Origin: an uncultured Prolixibacteraceae bacterium
GTDB lineage: Bacteria; Bacteroidota; Bacteroidia; Bacteroidales; FEN-979
Reading direction: 5' to 3'
DNA length: 64,000 bases
Assembly: GCA_964642545.1 (NCBI GenBank)
Contig: CAZXQU010000006.1
Location: 1,534-65,533 of the forward strand
The notes under the pieces were generated by a model. It saw nothing but the letters and a program-made list of their open reading frames with translations. It did not search any database and was not told the origin of the DNA. Made by a program: the position numbers and the translations under genes. Positions 9,957-18,984 of this stretch are shown here, piece after piece (within the stretch, counting starts at the first letter, position 1; each line of letters starts with the position of its first letter).

Positions 9957-12488
9957 TTGAAAACTAAGATTGAACAAAATATCATTCGGCTCAGCGAGAT
10001 CGGGGATGAGCCGGTAGGTGGGAAAGCCCTTGGGCTGAAACGACTAAAAGAGCTGGGACTTCCTGTACCTGAAGCTTTTGTTATCGTTCATCCTGATCCG
10101 GATAACCTTGACCCGGATTTTCTGAATAAACACATTGATTTACTTGGAGAAGGGCCGAAAGCCGTTCGCTCTTCCGCCGTCAGCGAAGATGGGCACGACG
10201 CCTCATTTGCCGGTCAGTTTGAATCATTTTTGAACGTTAACGGCAAGGATGATATCCTGCATGCGATTCGGAATTGTGTGACCGCTGCCTCTTCCGAACG
10301 GGTGAAACATTACTCTCAAAGCCGTATTACAGAAGCCGATCTGCGAATTTCCGTGATTGTTCAGAATATGGTTCCGGCTACTTGCGCCGGCGTAATTTTT
10401 ACTGCAGATCCTGTTACCCACCGGCGCGACAAGGTGATCATCAATGCAGTTTCCGGACTCGGAGAAGATCTTGTCGCAGGCAAAAAAGATGCACACCATT
10501 ACGAACTATTTAAAAGTGGATCAGACCTTGAGAGTGTAATAAAATCCAACGGGCATCTGCTTACATCCGAACAACTCAGGGAATTGATGTCGGGAGCCAA
10601 AAAAGCTGAAGAGCACTTCCGCCAGCCGATGGACATGGAGTGGGCTATCGACGAATCGGACTCGTTATTCTGGCTTCAGGCCCGGCCGGTCACCACTCTT
10701 GATCACGTTCATTACAACGAACTCGATACTATGAAGGGTTTCAGCGACGACATCTGGACTTTAGGAAATATTGGTGAGATGATGCCCGGTGTAACCACTC
10801 CCCTCACCTACTCGGTAGTAGTGGATGCCATTGACTATGGTATGTGTGTTCTTGCAGATAAAGGCGGAGCATTCAGGTTGAAGAACCGCAATGGATATCA
10901 TTATATCCAGATGTTCTACAACAGGCTGTTCGTGAATATGACCCACATGATGGAATACGCCTCAAATATCTGGCTCAACAAGTCGGAAAATATTCAGATT
11001 GCCTTGAGCGTAAAAGTAAATACCGATATCCGTGAAAAGTACAAGGCCCCATTGCTCAAGCGGGTATTCAACTTCGGCAAGCAAGCTTCAACTGTCATCA
11101 GGGCTAACAGTTACCTCAAAAAACTTAGGGTACTGGCCGGCGGTTTCAGGATCGATACAACACTGCCTGTCAGAGAATTGTGGGAATCTCTGGGTAAAGG
11201 CAAAAGGGATGTCAGTGTTGGTTTTGGCCACCATCTCATCACATCCGGGCAATCAGGGAGTCTCTATTCCGCTTTTATGGGGATCATGACAGACGACAAA
11301 AGGTTGCCCGACGCAAACGATCATCACATTGCAACGATACTGCTCTCTGACATCCCGAATATCGAAAGTGCCGATGCAGTGAAATCACTGGAATCTTTTT
11401 CACAAGAGATCAGGAACCATCAGGAATTTGCAAATCAATTTATATCTGTAACCCCGGAGGAGGCGATTTCATTAATCCAACACGAGTCTCCATCAGAAAT
11501 CAGGGAAAAATACCAGAATTTCATCACCCGACATGGCCACCGTTGCATACGCGAGAGCGAACTGCGTGAGAAACCCTGGGAGGAGAACCAGGAACACCTT
11601 GTCCAGTTACTGCAAACAAAGGTCAGGTTCGGTGACCTTGAGCACCGATCCATCGATGTAAAACAGGAGATCCGTAGGACATTGAAGAAACTACCACTCC
11701 ATAAACGATTGGTATTCAAAATCCTTTTACCCACAGCACGAACGGCCGTTGCTCGTAGGGAGATATCTAAAGCTCTGGCGATAAAGATGGTGAATGAACT
11801 TAGGAAGGGGTACAGGGTATTGGCAGAGAAAATGTTCTGCGATACGGGATCAGCGATACGGGATACGGGATCTGTGATCAACGATTCTTTTTCTCGTATC
11901 GCGAATCACGAATCGCGTATCGGACTATTAGATGATACCGATCAAATATACTTTCTGACCCATGAAGAGATTGGGCAGTTAATAGAAACAGGAGACCGCT
12001 CCCTGCTTGAGAAGGCGAACCGTCGCCGGAAACTTTTACCTGAGACTGACAAACTGCAATTCAATGAAATTTGCTTTGGGATCCCCGAACCCATAGAACA
12101 CCCGGAAACAATTGAAATCAAAGAGGGACAACTTCATGGAACTCCTGTGAGCAGCGGAAAAGTTAAAGCCCGTGTACGAATCATCCATACCCTCGAAGAT
12201 GCCGACAAACTGGAGCGGGGAGAGATTATGGTAGCCTCGTTTACTGATATAGGGTGGACTCCCTATTTCAGTATCATTTCAGGCCTTGTCACCGAGATCG
12301 GGAGCCCTCTTTCTCACGGTGCCGTAGTGGCACGGGAATACGGCATCCCAGCAGTGGTTGGCGTAAAAGGAGCCAGGGCATCCCTTACTGATGGTGAATT
12401 TGTCCTCCTCGACGGGGACCGGGGGATTGTTGAAAGGATGAGGGACGAGGGAAGAGGATTACCCCCCAATCCCCTGAAGGGGGAGTAA
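9957..12488 (+). CDS. PEP-utilizing enzyme with rifampin-phosphotransferase-like architecture (N-terminal PEP/pyruvate-binding ATP-grasp, long middle domain, C-terminal swivel His domain)
   Basis: N-terminus GGKALGLKRLKELGLPVPEAFVI, RSSAVSEDG..SFAGQF and DMEWAI. C-terminus TDIGWTPYFSIISGLVTEIGSPLSHGAVVAREYGIPAVVG. The 843 aa length fits. The apparent start is TTG. The substrate is not inferable. Confidence 0.8.
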   Translation: MKTKIEQNIIRLSEIGDEPVGGKALGLKRLKELGLPVPEAFVIVHPDPDNLDPDFLNKHIDLLGEGPKAVRSSAVSEDGHDASFAGQFESFLNVNGKDDILHAIRNCVTAASSERVKHYSQSRITEADLRISVIVQNMVPATCAGVIFTADPVTHRRDKVIINAVSGLGEDLVAGKKDAHHYELFKSGSDLESVIKSNGHLLTSEQLRELMSGAKKAEEHFRQPMDMEWAIDESDSLFWLQARPVTTLDHVHYNELDTMKGFSDDIWTLGNIGEMMPGVTTPLTYSVVVDAIDYGMCVLADKGGAFRLKNRNGYHYIQMFYNRLFVNMTHMMEYASNIWLNKSENIQIALSVKVNTDIREKYKAPLLKRVFNFGKQASTVIRANSYLKKLRVLAGGFRIDTTLPVRELWESLGKGKRDVSVGFGHHLITSGQSGSLYSAFMGIMTDDKRLPDANDHHIATILLSDIPNIESADAVKSLESFSQEIRNHQEFANQFISVTPEEAISLIQHESPSEIREKYQNFITRHGHRCIRESELREKPWEENQEHLVQLLQTKVRFGDLEHRSIDVKQEIRRTLKKLPLHKRLVFKILLPTARTAVARREISKALAIKMVNELRKGYRVLAEKMFCDTGSAIRDTGSVINDSFSRIANHESRIGLLDDTDQIYFLTHEEIGQLIETGDRSLLEKANRRRKLLPETDKLQFNEICFGIPEPIEHPETIEIKEGQLHGTPVSSGKVKARVRIIHTLEDADKLERGEIMVASFTDIGWTPYFSIISGLVTEIGSPLSHGAVVAREYGIPAVVGVKGARASLTDGEFVLLDGDRGIVERMRDEGRGLPPNPLKGE
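11841..11923 (+). repeat. Intragenic in-frame GAT-heptamer element (GATACGG GATCAGC GATACGG GATACGG GATCTGT GATCAAC ... GTATCGC GAATCAC GAATCGC GTATCGG)
   Basis: Read directly. It encodes DTGSAIRDTGSVINDSFSRIANHESRIG inside the PEP-utilizing enzyme. The two halves are partly reverse-complementary (CGATACG / CGTATCG). Confidence 0.85.
12436..12456 (+). repeat. Heptamer array (GGATGAG GGACGAG GGAAGAG) inside the last codons of the PEP-utilizing enzyme
   Basis: Read directly. It encodes the RDEGRG tail. The same unit family occurs at 56183-56232, 57630-57727 and in the parC tail. Confidence 0.8.
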
Positions 12489-12505
12489 GTCCCCTTCAGG
12501 GGATT
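12468..12505. terminator. 15-bp stem-loop between convergent genes (AATCCCCTGAAGGGG / CCCCTTCAGGGGATT), possible bidirectional terminator
   Basis: Positions 12468-12482 pair perfectly with 12491-12505. The TAA stop (12486-12488) sits in the loop. TTT follows on the plus strand. Confidence 0.6.
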
Positions 12506-12521
12506 TAGGGGCGACTTTACT

Positions 12522-13238
12522 TTACTTCAGAAAATTCTTTGAAACGAATTCCTGAAACTTCACTTTGTACTGCTCACTCACAGGAATGTAGGTTGTAACA
12601 TCGAAGATGATGCGGTTTCGCTCAATGGTTGTGATCCTGTCCAGGTTGACAATATAGGAACGGTGAACCCGCATAAATCGTTCGGATGGAAGTTGCTCTT
12701 CCAGTGACTTCATACTCATCAGCGACATCACAGGTTTACCATTAGAAAGATGGATCCTGACGTATTCCCCTTTTCCTTCAATGTATTTGATATCCTGAAA
12801 AGCGACTCTGACAATCTTATACTCTGATTTGATAAAAAGAAAATCCTCTTTGTTAGACAATAGAACCGGAACCTGGCGATGAAGCTCGAACCAGGATCTG
12901 GCTTTGTTCGCAGCTTTTAAAAATGCTGTATAATCAACCGGTTTCAGCAAATAATCCAAAGCATTGACCTGAAACCCTTCAACAGCATATTGGCTGTATG
13001 CAGTGGTAAATATAACCTGAACTGGCTGATCAAGAGATTTTACAAAATCCATCCCGCTCAGATCGGGCATATGGATGTCGACAAACATTAGATCAATCTC
13101 ATTCTCTTTCAGCAATTCCATTGCCTTAAAAGCACTCTCGCAACTGGCCACAAGTTCCAGGAATGGAGTCTTGTCAATATATGATGCCAATTGTTTCAGC
13201 GCAAGAGGTTCATCATCGATAGTCAGGCAATGGATCAT
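12522..13238 (-). CDS. LytTR-family response regulator
   Basis: REC (CLTIDDEPLAL...DLMFVDIHMPDLSG) plus a LytTR DNA-binding domain (RVHRSYIVNLDRI). Confidence 0.9.
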   Translation of the reverse strand: MIHCLTIDDEPLALKQLASYIDKTPFLELVASCESAFKAMELLKENEIDLMFVDIHMPDLSGMDFVKSLDQPVQVIFTTAYSQYAVEGFQVNALDYLLKPVDYTAFLKAANKARSWFELHRQVPVLLSNKEDFLFIKSEYKIVRVAFQDIKYIEGKGEYVRIHLSNGKPVMSLMSMKSLEEQLPSERFMRVHRSYIVNLDRITTIERNRIIFDVTTYIPVSEQYKVKFQEFVSKNFLK

Positions 13239-14395
13239 ATAGGTATAGATAAGTTAACATTGAACTCAGTTCCATCATTCAGGATATCCAGGTGATACTT
13301 ATCTCCATAAAGAAGATCCAGTCTTTTCCTTGTATTATCAATTCCTATCCCAGAGGGTGAATCCTTGATTCCCTGTGATGCAATGCTGTTTTTAACAGCC
13401 AGGAGAAGCCGGTTGTCATCAATAGCAATGTCGACGATAACGAACGATTTGGCCTTATAACTGATTCCATGCTTAAAGGCATTCTCAATCAAGGATGTGA
13501 AGAGGAATGGGGGGATTTGTTTCTCGGGGATTCTTTCCGGGATATTAAGATTTATAATAACATTCTCTGAATAACGAATTTTCATCAAATCAACGTAACT
13601 TCTCACAAATTCCAGCTCACTGCTTAATGATGTTTTCCCTGATTCCGTTTCATATAAAAGGTAACGCATCATGTTGGAAAGCCTGATGACTGCCTCTTTC
13701 GCCTCCGTAGTATTGATATCAATCAACGCATGGATATTATTCAGAGTATTCATAAAAAAATGAGGACTAACCTGGTTTTTAAGAATCGTTAGCTGGGTCT
13801 CCATTTTCTCCTTTTCCAACTTCACCTTCTCCTGTTCACTGCCTACAAGTTTTACAGACAACCGTAAACCGGTATCAAAACCCACAAGAAGGATAGAGAA
13901 GATAAGGACGTTTACATATAGGGGTATCGGACCTCGTTGTTCGGGGCCCGGAGGTGGAGGATTGATTGAGCTATTTGATGAGGGGCCTAACTGAGGTGGA
14001 GGTGGAGGATGTGGTGATTGTTGTGACTGTCGTTGTTGTGGTGAAGGTTGAAAATTACCCTGAGCAGGTTTGGAAATCAGGATAAATGCGGTTACTACCA
14101 CCAGAATCAATGCCACTGCAGACAAAATATACCTTAAATAGTTAGGGGCTCCTCCCCGAAATAAAATAAAAGGGACCAACAGAAATCTGTTTACAAAGAA
14201 TACAACAGCCAGTGGGATAAGAGATTCAAATGGTTTTGAGATTGATCTCCAGCTAGGGTCATCAGCTGCATCCCCAAACAGGAAGGGCGCGGAAATCAGA
14301 ACAATCCACACTACGGAGATCAGGAGAACCTCGAAGGAACTCATCCTGTTTTTCGTATGCGATGGCATGGGTTTATCCTTCATTGAAATAATCAA
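13235..14395 (-). CDS. Sensor histidine kinase (LytS/YehU-type His_kinase domain) with a Pro/Gln-rich insert
   Basis: Conserved QVSPHFFMNTLNNI H-region and an ATPase part. N-terminal TM helices. 4-nt overlap with the response regulator gene. Confidence 0.85.
   Translation of the reverse strand: MIISMKDKPMPSHTKNRMSSFEVLLISVVWIVLISAPFLFGDAADDPSWRSISKPFESLIPLAVVFFVNRFLLVPFILFRGGAPNYLRYILSAVALILVVVTAFILISKPAQGNFQPSPQQRQSQQSPHPPPPPQLGPSSNSSINPPPPGPEQRGPIPLYVNVLIFSILLVGFDTGLRLSVKLVGSEQEKVKLEKEKMETQLTILKNQVSPHFFMNTLNNIHALIDINTTEAKEAVIRLSNMMRYLLYETESGKTSLSSELEFVRSYVDLMKIRYSENVIINLNIPERIPEKQIPPFLFTSLIENAFKHGISYKAKSFVIVDIAIDDNRLLLAVKNSIASQGIKDSPSGIGIDNTRKRLDLLYGDKYHLDILNDGTEFNVNLSIPI
13928..14050 (-). 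repeat. Low-complexity in-frame segment in the kinase (sense strand CA-rich: CACAACAA CGACAGT CACAACAA ... CCTCCACCTCCACC)
   Basis: It encodes QPSPQQRQSQQSPHPPPPPQLGPSSNSSINPPPPGPEQ between TM helices and the kinase core. The periodicity is only approximate. Confidence 0.5.
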
Positions 14396-14402
14396 ATATA
14401 GT

Positions 14403-16688
14403 TTATTTTTGAATGACCATTTTCTTCACCTGGACCCTGTTTTGTGCCTGAATGGAATAAAAATAAATTCCTGATGGCAAATCTCCGGCTCGAAATGAAT
14501 AGCTATAAGCTCCTGCCGTGAGCTGCTGCGACACAAGGGTTTCAACAAGCATCCCGTAGATGTTAAACACGTTCAGAGTCACTTCCCCTGCCTGCTCAAG
14601 TCTGAATTCAATCGTTGTTTGATCTCTGAATGGATTTGGATAGTTTTGCCTGAGTATGATTGAGTGTATTATATCAGACAAAGGAGTATCGATTGCCAGG
14701 ATTCCGGAAAGGTTGGTAGCGCTAAAAGATGGAAGCATTTCAACAAATTCACCGGTGCCGTTGGGGTAACGGCCCGTGGTTGTGTCGGCCTTCTGTTGCC
14801 CGAAGATGATTTCATCCAATACCAGCAAGTTGTTGTCGGATAAGACAATAGTCTCTCCTGAAGCGGATAGTTTAAAATTGGCATGCAACCCTTCCTGGCC
14901 GCCATCATCATCAGCCCATACAATCAGGAAGTTTCCAGGTGCGATGGTTGTATCAGGGAACATCCATTGATCAGGTTCAGCGGCATCATCCGACAAGAAA
15001 TACCCGCCCAGACTGATATCTTCTGTGCCGTTATTGTAAAACTCGATCCAGTCATCATATTCTCCATCCTGATCAGTGACGGTACTCTTGTTATCGGCCA
15101 TAAACTCATTGATCACCAAATCGCCCGTGATGCTGATCCGGTAAAACTCATATTCGGCTCTTGCAGGTGAAAATGCAACAGCTTCCAGATTTTCAGCATA
15201 TATATAATAATGAAGATCAGTGGCGCCAACAATCAATGAAGCTCCATAAATGCCATCTCCGGCCTGACCATCATGATGATTTCCATCATCATACATGCTA
15301 ACTTTTTCAAACACACCATATTCATTATTTCTACTAGCTAAGAACACAGATGTTGCATTGTCAACTTCGGCGGTAAACCAGACTTCTGAATTTGGAGATA
15401 CCTGCTCGGGCGAATGGGCAACATTGGCAATATCGGGAGCCGCATACTGAAAATCCGGCAGCGAATTAAGATAGGTGATCCTTGCCTCCATCAACTGGGT
15501 GATCCCGATGATTGAATTCGGTCCCATCCCAATAGAATTGTTGACATTGGCTATAAAATTAGCATAAGTGAAGAATTTATTGGGATCCCCCTGCACCTCG
15601 GCATCAATGACCGACTGGATCTCGAGGGCCCTGGTTTCGTACCATCCGTTAGCAAAATTCTCTGCCAACATGGTTTTCATGTGCGCTACATACATTTTCC
15701 GGTAAGTGTCGTTATTCAGGATTTTGCTGATAATGGGATAGTCACTGCTGGTGAGATTTAAAAATGGATTTAGTTGTTGTAACTGGGTTGTATTCTGCGG
15801 ACCACCGTTCTGAAGTGCGGTGAAAACGCCGAAACTCTCATTCAGATCCCAGGGGATGGGGTTAAACCTGCCGTTATCATCCTGATAAAGGTAGTAATTC
15901 TGAGGATTGTTGATAGGCCCGTCAAGATTGACCAGCAGGTTTTGGAAAGCAAGGAACCACAAGTGCCGATCAAGGTTTAAAACCTCGTCAACATAGGCGC
16001 TGTAATTATTTATTGTATCCAGGAACCTTATCAGTTCCTGCCAGCCAAAATCTGATTCCAGGGAATACAGACTCATATAGTCGTTCGAATCGGTGCCGAA
16101 ATATTGCCAAACTCCGCCCATGGAACCTGGTGGAAGGTTATCAGCCAGTTCACCCTTGATTCTTGCATTTTCATCGCTGCCATAATGGGTTCGCATAAAC
16201 AACTTATCCACATCCTGGTCACTGGTATAAAGCCCTAGATAAGTACTGTTTATGTACACTTTGGCATAATTTGACAAACCAGCGGGTATATATTTCCGTG
16301 CAATTTCATAGCTCATGGTTTCACGAATAAAAGATGGATCTTTAAACACATTGGCTAACTTGAGCGTTCCATACCCCTCTATCAGCTGGTCATCGATGAC
16401 ATAATCTAGTTTGATGTTAAGCGGGTTTTTAACCTGGTTGGAATTGTAGGAGCTGTTACCTTTATATCGTACCCCAACACTGTCGAAAATTTGCCCGTTG
16501 AGGGTTGCCGTTCCCAGAAGCCGCTCTTCCTCTCCGTTTGCTACAAGGCTATCAAGCAGATAATCCCAGTTCGTTTGCGTGAAACTGATTTCGATAGTAT
16601 TGATGGTAGTGATGTCGTAAAAATTTTGAGAGGATGAAGTCATCCATATCACCATCAAGATAAAAACGGTTAAGATTTCTTTTTTCAT
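14403..16688 (-). CDS. Secreted CotH-family protein with lamin-tail domain and T9SS C-terminal sorting domain
   Basis: Signal peptide. CotH core (VRYKGNSS..NPLNIKLDY..DPSFIRE..VYINSTYLGLYT). LTD (VINEFMADN..DDWIEFYN). T9SS CTD (NYPNPFRDQTTIEF...GIYFYSIQ). Confidence 0.85.
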   Translation of the reverse strand: MKKEILTVFILMVIWMTSSSQNFYDITTINTIEISFTQTNWDYLLDSLVANGEEERLLGTATLNGQIFDSVGVRYKGNSSYNSNQVKNPLNIKLDYVIDDQLIEGYGTLKLANVFKDPSFIRETMSYEIARKYIPAGLSNYAKVYINSTYLGLYTSDQDVDKLFMRTHYGSDENARIKGELADNLPPGSMGGVWQYFGTDSNDYMSLYSLESDFGWQELIRFLDTINNYSAYVDEVLNLDRHLWFLAFQNLLVNLDGPINNPQNYYLYQDDNGRFNPIPWDLNESFGVFTALQNGGPQNTTQLQQLNPFLNLTSSDYPIISKILNNDTYRKMYVAHMKTMLAENFANGWYETRALEIQSVIDAEVQGDPNKFFTYANFIANVNNSIGMGPNSIIGITQLMEARITYLNSLPDFQYAAPDIANVAHSPEQVSPNSEVWFTAEVDNATSVFLASRNNEYGVFEKVSMYDDGNHHDGQAGDGIYGASLIVGATDLHYYIYAENLEAVAFSPARAEYEFYRISITGDLVINEFMADNKSTVTDQDGEYDDWIEFYNNGTEDISLGGYFLSDDAAEPDQWMFPDTTIAPGNFLIVWADDDGGQEGLHANFKLSASGETIVLSDNNLLVLDEIIFGQQKADTTTGRYPNGTGEFVEMLPSFSATNLSGILAIDTPLSDIIHSIILRQNYPNPFRDQTTIEFRLEQAGEVTLNVFNIYGMLVETLVSQQLTAGAYSYSFRAGDLPSGIYFYSIQAQNRVQVKKMVIQK

Positions 16689-16715
16689 GGGATAAAAATT
16701 TTGGTTAGTTGGTTA

Positions 16716-18218
16716 TTACAGTTTAAAAAATTTACCGATCAGTTGATTGGTGTTCATTGGGAATGTCAGAACATACATACCCGTTGGAAGGCTGCTGACA
16801 TCAAAGGTACAACTGGAAGAGATCAGGATAGTCTTTTGTAGAACCATCTGCCCTGTTGTATTGATTATTTTAATTGTAACCTCGTTAGGAAATTCACCTG
16901 TAAAGTTGATAGTCAGCTTATCTTTCACCGGATTCGGATAGATCTTCAGACTGTTTTCCTGAATACCGGTTTCGTTTATCCCTACTGATGAGTCGGACCG
17001 CACCAATCTCACATAGTTGAATATCCTTACAACATCCCCCTGTGGCCCATTACCATGAGGCCAGTTGGCCGGATCACCGCTTTTCGGGTCGCTCCGTTGT
17101 GCCCCTGCACCATGAACATCCATAAGTGTATAGTTACCCGACATGGGAGGTTGTTCCATCCAGCCAAGGGCTTCCCCGAAACATAAGTACACGCCAAACC
17201 CACCTGTCCCGTTTGAAGAGGCATGCGTTGTTCCTGTCCAGTAGAAGGGATAGTTGGTTCCACCTCCCTCATCGATAATCGTGGATGTGTTAAAAATGGG
17301 ATCAATGGCTGCCGAATTGGTCGTTTGCGGTGACCTGGAATAATCCACAATACTTTGCATCTCTTTGGCATTTGGCAACCTCCAATCATTGGCACCGAGG
17401 TATTGTTCCGCGTTTTTCTGCTCAACCCAGGCCAAACCCTCTTCCCAGTTTAATCCTTCACCACTGTCATTTTTATCCCAAATCAACCCGGTCGCGGCAT
17501 CCCTAATCGTTCCATCACCATTATCCACGAATTCGTTGACTCCATACTGTAAATTTCCCCGTACGTAGCGCACTTCAAATGTTTTGTCCCCCGTTTGTCC
17601 GGGCAAAGGACCGGTTCCGTAACCTTTGATTCTGCCATCAGCGAAATTCACACCGAAATCTGTATGATCTCCGCCCATAGTGGTTCCAACATATTCTGTA
17701 GATGTCGCGTACTGAGCATCGATCATCCGTTCGCCGATCAGGGTATCGCCATACCTGAACTCAAAATAGTTCGTATCCAGGAACGGGGAAAGATTCTCCG
17801 GATTAGGACCACTGATATCAGTCCCGCTGAACAGAATCAGTGAATACATCTCTTTTATCGTTGGAAGTCTCCAGTCGGTATATCCGGCCAGGCTGAGGGT
17901 ATCAGCCCCGGCCACTGCCTGGTTGAACGTAAGTTTGGAAGGGAACAAGCCTTGTTGCCACATCAGCCCGGTAACCAGATCGGTAACCGTACCATCTCCA
18001 TTATCCTGATACGATGGCTGATATCCGTCAAACTGAGCATCCTGACCATAAAATGCTGCTCCCGGTAAAGGTGGGGTTATCTCGTTTAAGGTATTGTAGC
18101 ATTTATCCTGGTTGGTATCAACAATTTTAAAAGAGAGGGTTTGCCCTGAAAGTGTGATGCAAAACAGGAGGGATAGCATCAGGATAGAAGCGGATTTCAC
18201 TAGTGCAGTCATGATCAA
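16716..18218 (-). CDS. Secreted DUF1566 (Lcl C-terminal domain) protein with T9SS C-terminal sorting domain
   Basis: Signal peptide. Two DWRLP(T/N)xKEM motifs typical of DUF1566. C-terminal LKIYPNPVKDKLTINF...GMYVLTF. Confidence 0.8.
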   Translation of the reverse strand: MIMTALVKSASILMLSLLFCITLSGQTLSFKIVDTNQDKCYNTLNEITPPLPGAAFYGQDAQFDGYQPSYQDNGDGTVTDLVTGLMWQQGLFPSKLTFNQAVAGADTLSLAGYTDWRLPTIKEMYSLILFSGTDISGPNPENLSPFLDTNYFEFRYGDTLIGERMIDAQYATSTEYVGTTMGGDHTDFGVNFADGRIKGYGTGPLPGQTGDKTFEVRYVRGNLQYGVNEFVDNGDGTIRDAATGLIWDKNDSGEGLNWEEGLAWVEQKNAEQYLGANDWRLPNAKEMQSIVDYSRSPQTTNSAAIDPIFNTSTIIDEGGGTNYPFYWTGTTHASSNGTGGFGVYLCFGEALGWMEQPPMSGNYTLMDVHGAGAQRSDPKSGDPANWPHGNGPQGDVVRIFNYVRLVRSDSSVGINETGIQENSLKIYPNPVKDKLTINFTGEFPNEVTIKIINTTGQMVLQKTILISSSCTFDVSSLPTGMYVLTFPMNTNQLIGKFFKL

Positions 18219-18404
18219 TGATTTTTTGAGTTTATGATAGCAAAAGTAACCGCTTGTCCTTCGTCGATCAAAATATAATCAACGAAAACGGGAAATATTC
18301 TATTGAATCCGAAGATATTAATACTAAACAAAAGAGTTATAATGATGGGAAATAAGACATGAGGGTCGAGGGCAAATGGAAGAGAGTCGAAACCCACTGC
18401 CAAC

Positions 18405-18868
18405 TCACTTCCCTGATTCCTCGAACAAAGCCGGTTTCTTCTTGTTGAAATTGATGGTGCGGGAAAACCTGAACGAGAAGGTATAATCGTTTGCCAGCTG
18501 TGTTGCATTGACCTTCTCTTTGTTGGCATCGGAAGCAAGGTCACGTACCATTAGACGGAATTGGACTGATGCTGTAAGATGCCTAAAAAAGGTATAGGCG
18601 CCATATTGGGAAGCACAACCGGTCCATTCATCTGGTCAAACTTCCCAACAGGGATCGTGAAATCAAACGAAGAGAAGATATCGATTGCAAGTGGGATGTT
18701 TTGATACACCTTATATTGTACTCCCATGATAAGGTCCCAGAATCCATTTGCCGATCGGTCATAACCGAAATCAAATGTTTGGGCCTTGCTAAAAAAGTAA
18801 CCGATTTCGGCCCGCACTTTCAACCTGTTTGTAATCCCGTAAGAGGCGAATAACTGTGCTGGAAGAAT
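18405..18868 (-). pseudogene. Probable decayed outer-membrane beta-barrel gene (frame-shifted fragments, no N-terminus)
   Basis: The minus strand reads AQLFASYGITNRLKVRAEIGYFFSKAQTFDFGYDRSANGFWDLIMGVQYKVY... to a stop at 18551. A beta-strand-like continuation (RDLASDANKEKVNATQLANDYTFSFRFSRTINF) follows in another frame and ends at 18405. No start or signal peptide is found upstream. Confidence 0.4.
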
Positions 18869-18984
18869 CTAGCAATGCTCCACCATAGACCCCACTACAG
18901 GGTAATGCTAGTTCCATAGGATTCCTCAACACACTCGTTGTGCGACCATGTAGCTCCTTCTGATAAGTGCAAAGGAGTATACAC

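Noticed and set aside
18215-18544. 109-aa ORF immediately upstream of the DUF1566 gene
   Set aside because: It lies in the decayed OMP region, and another frame over the same bases gives beta-barrel-like sequence, so I treat it as part of the pseudogene.
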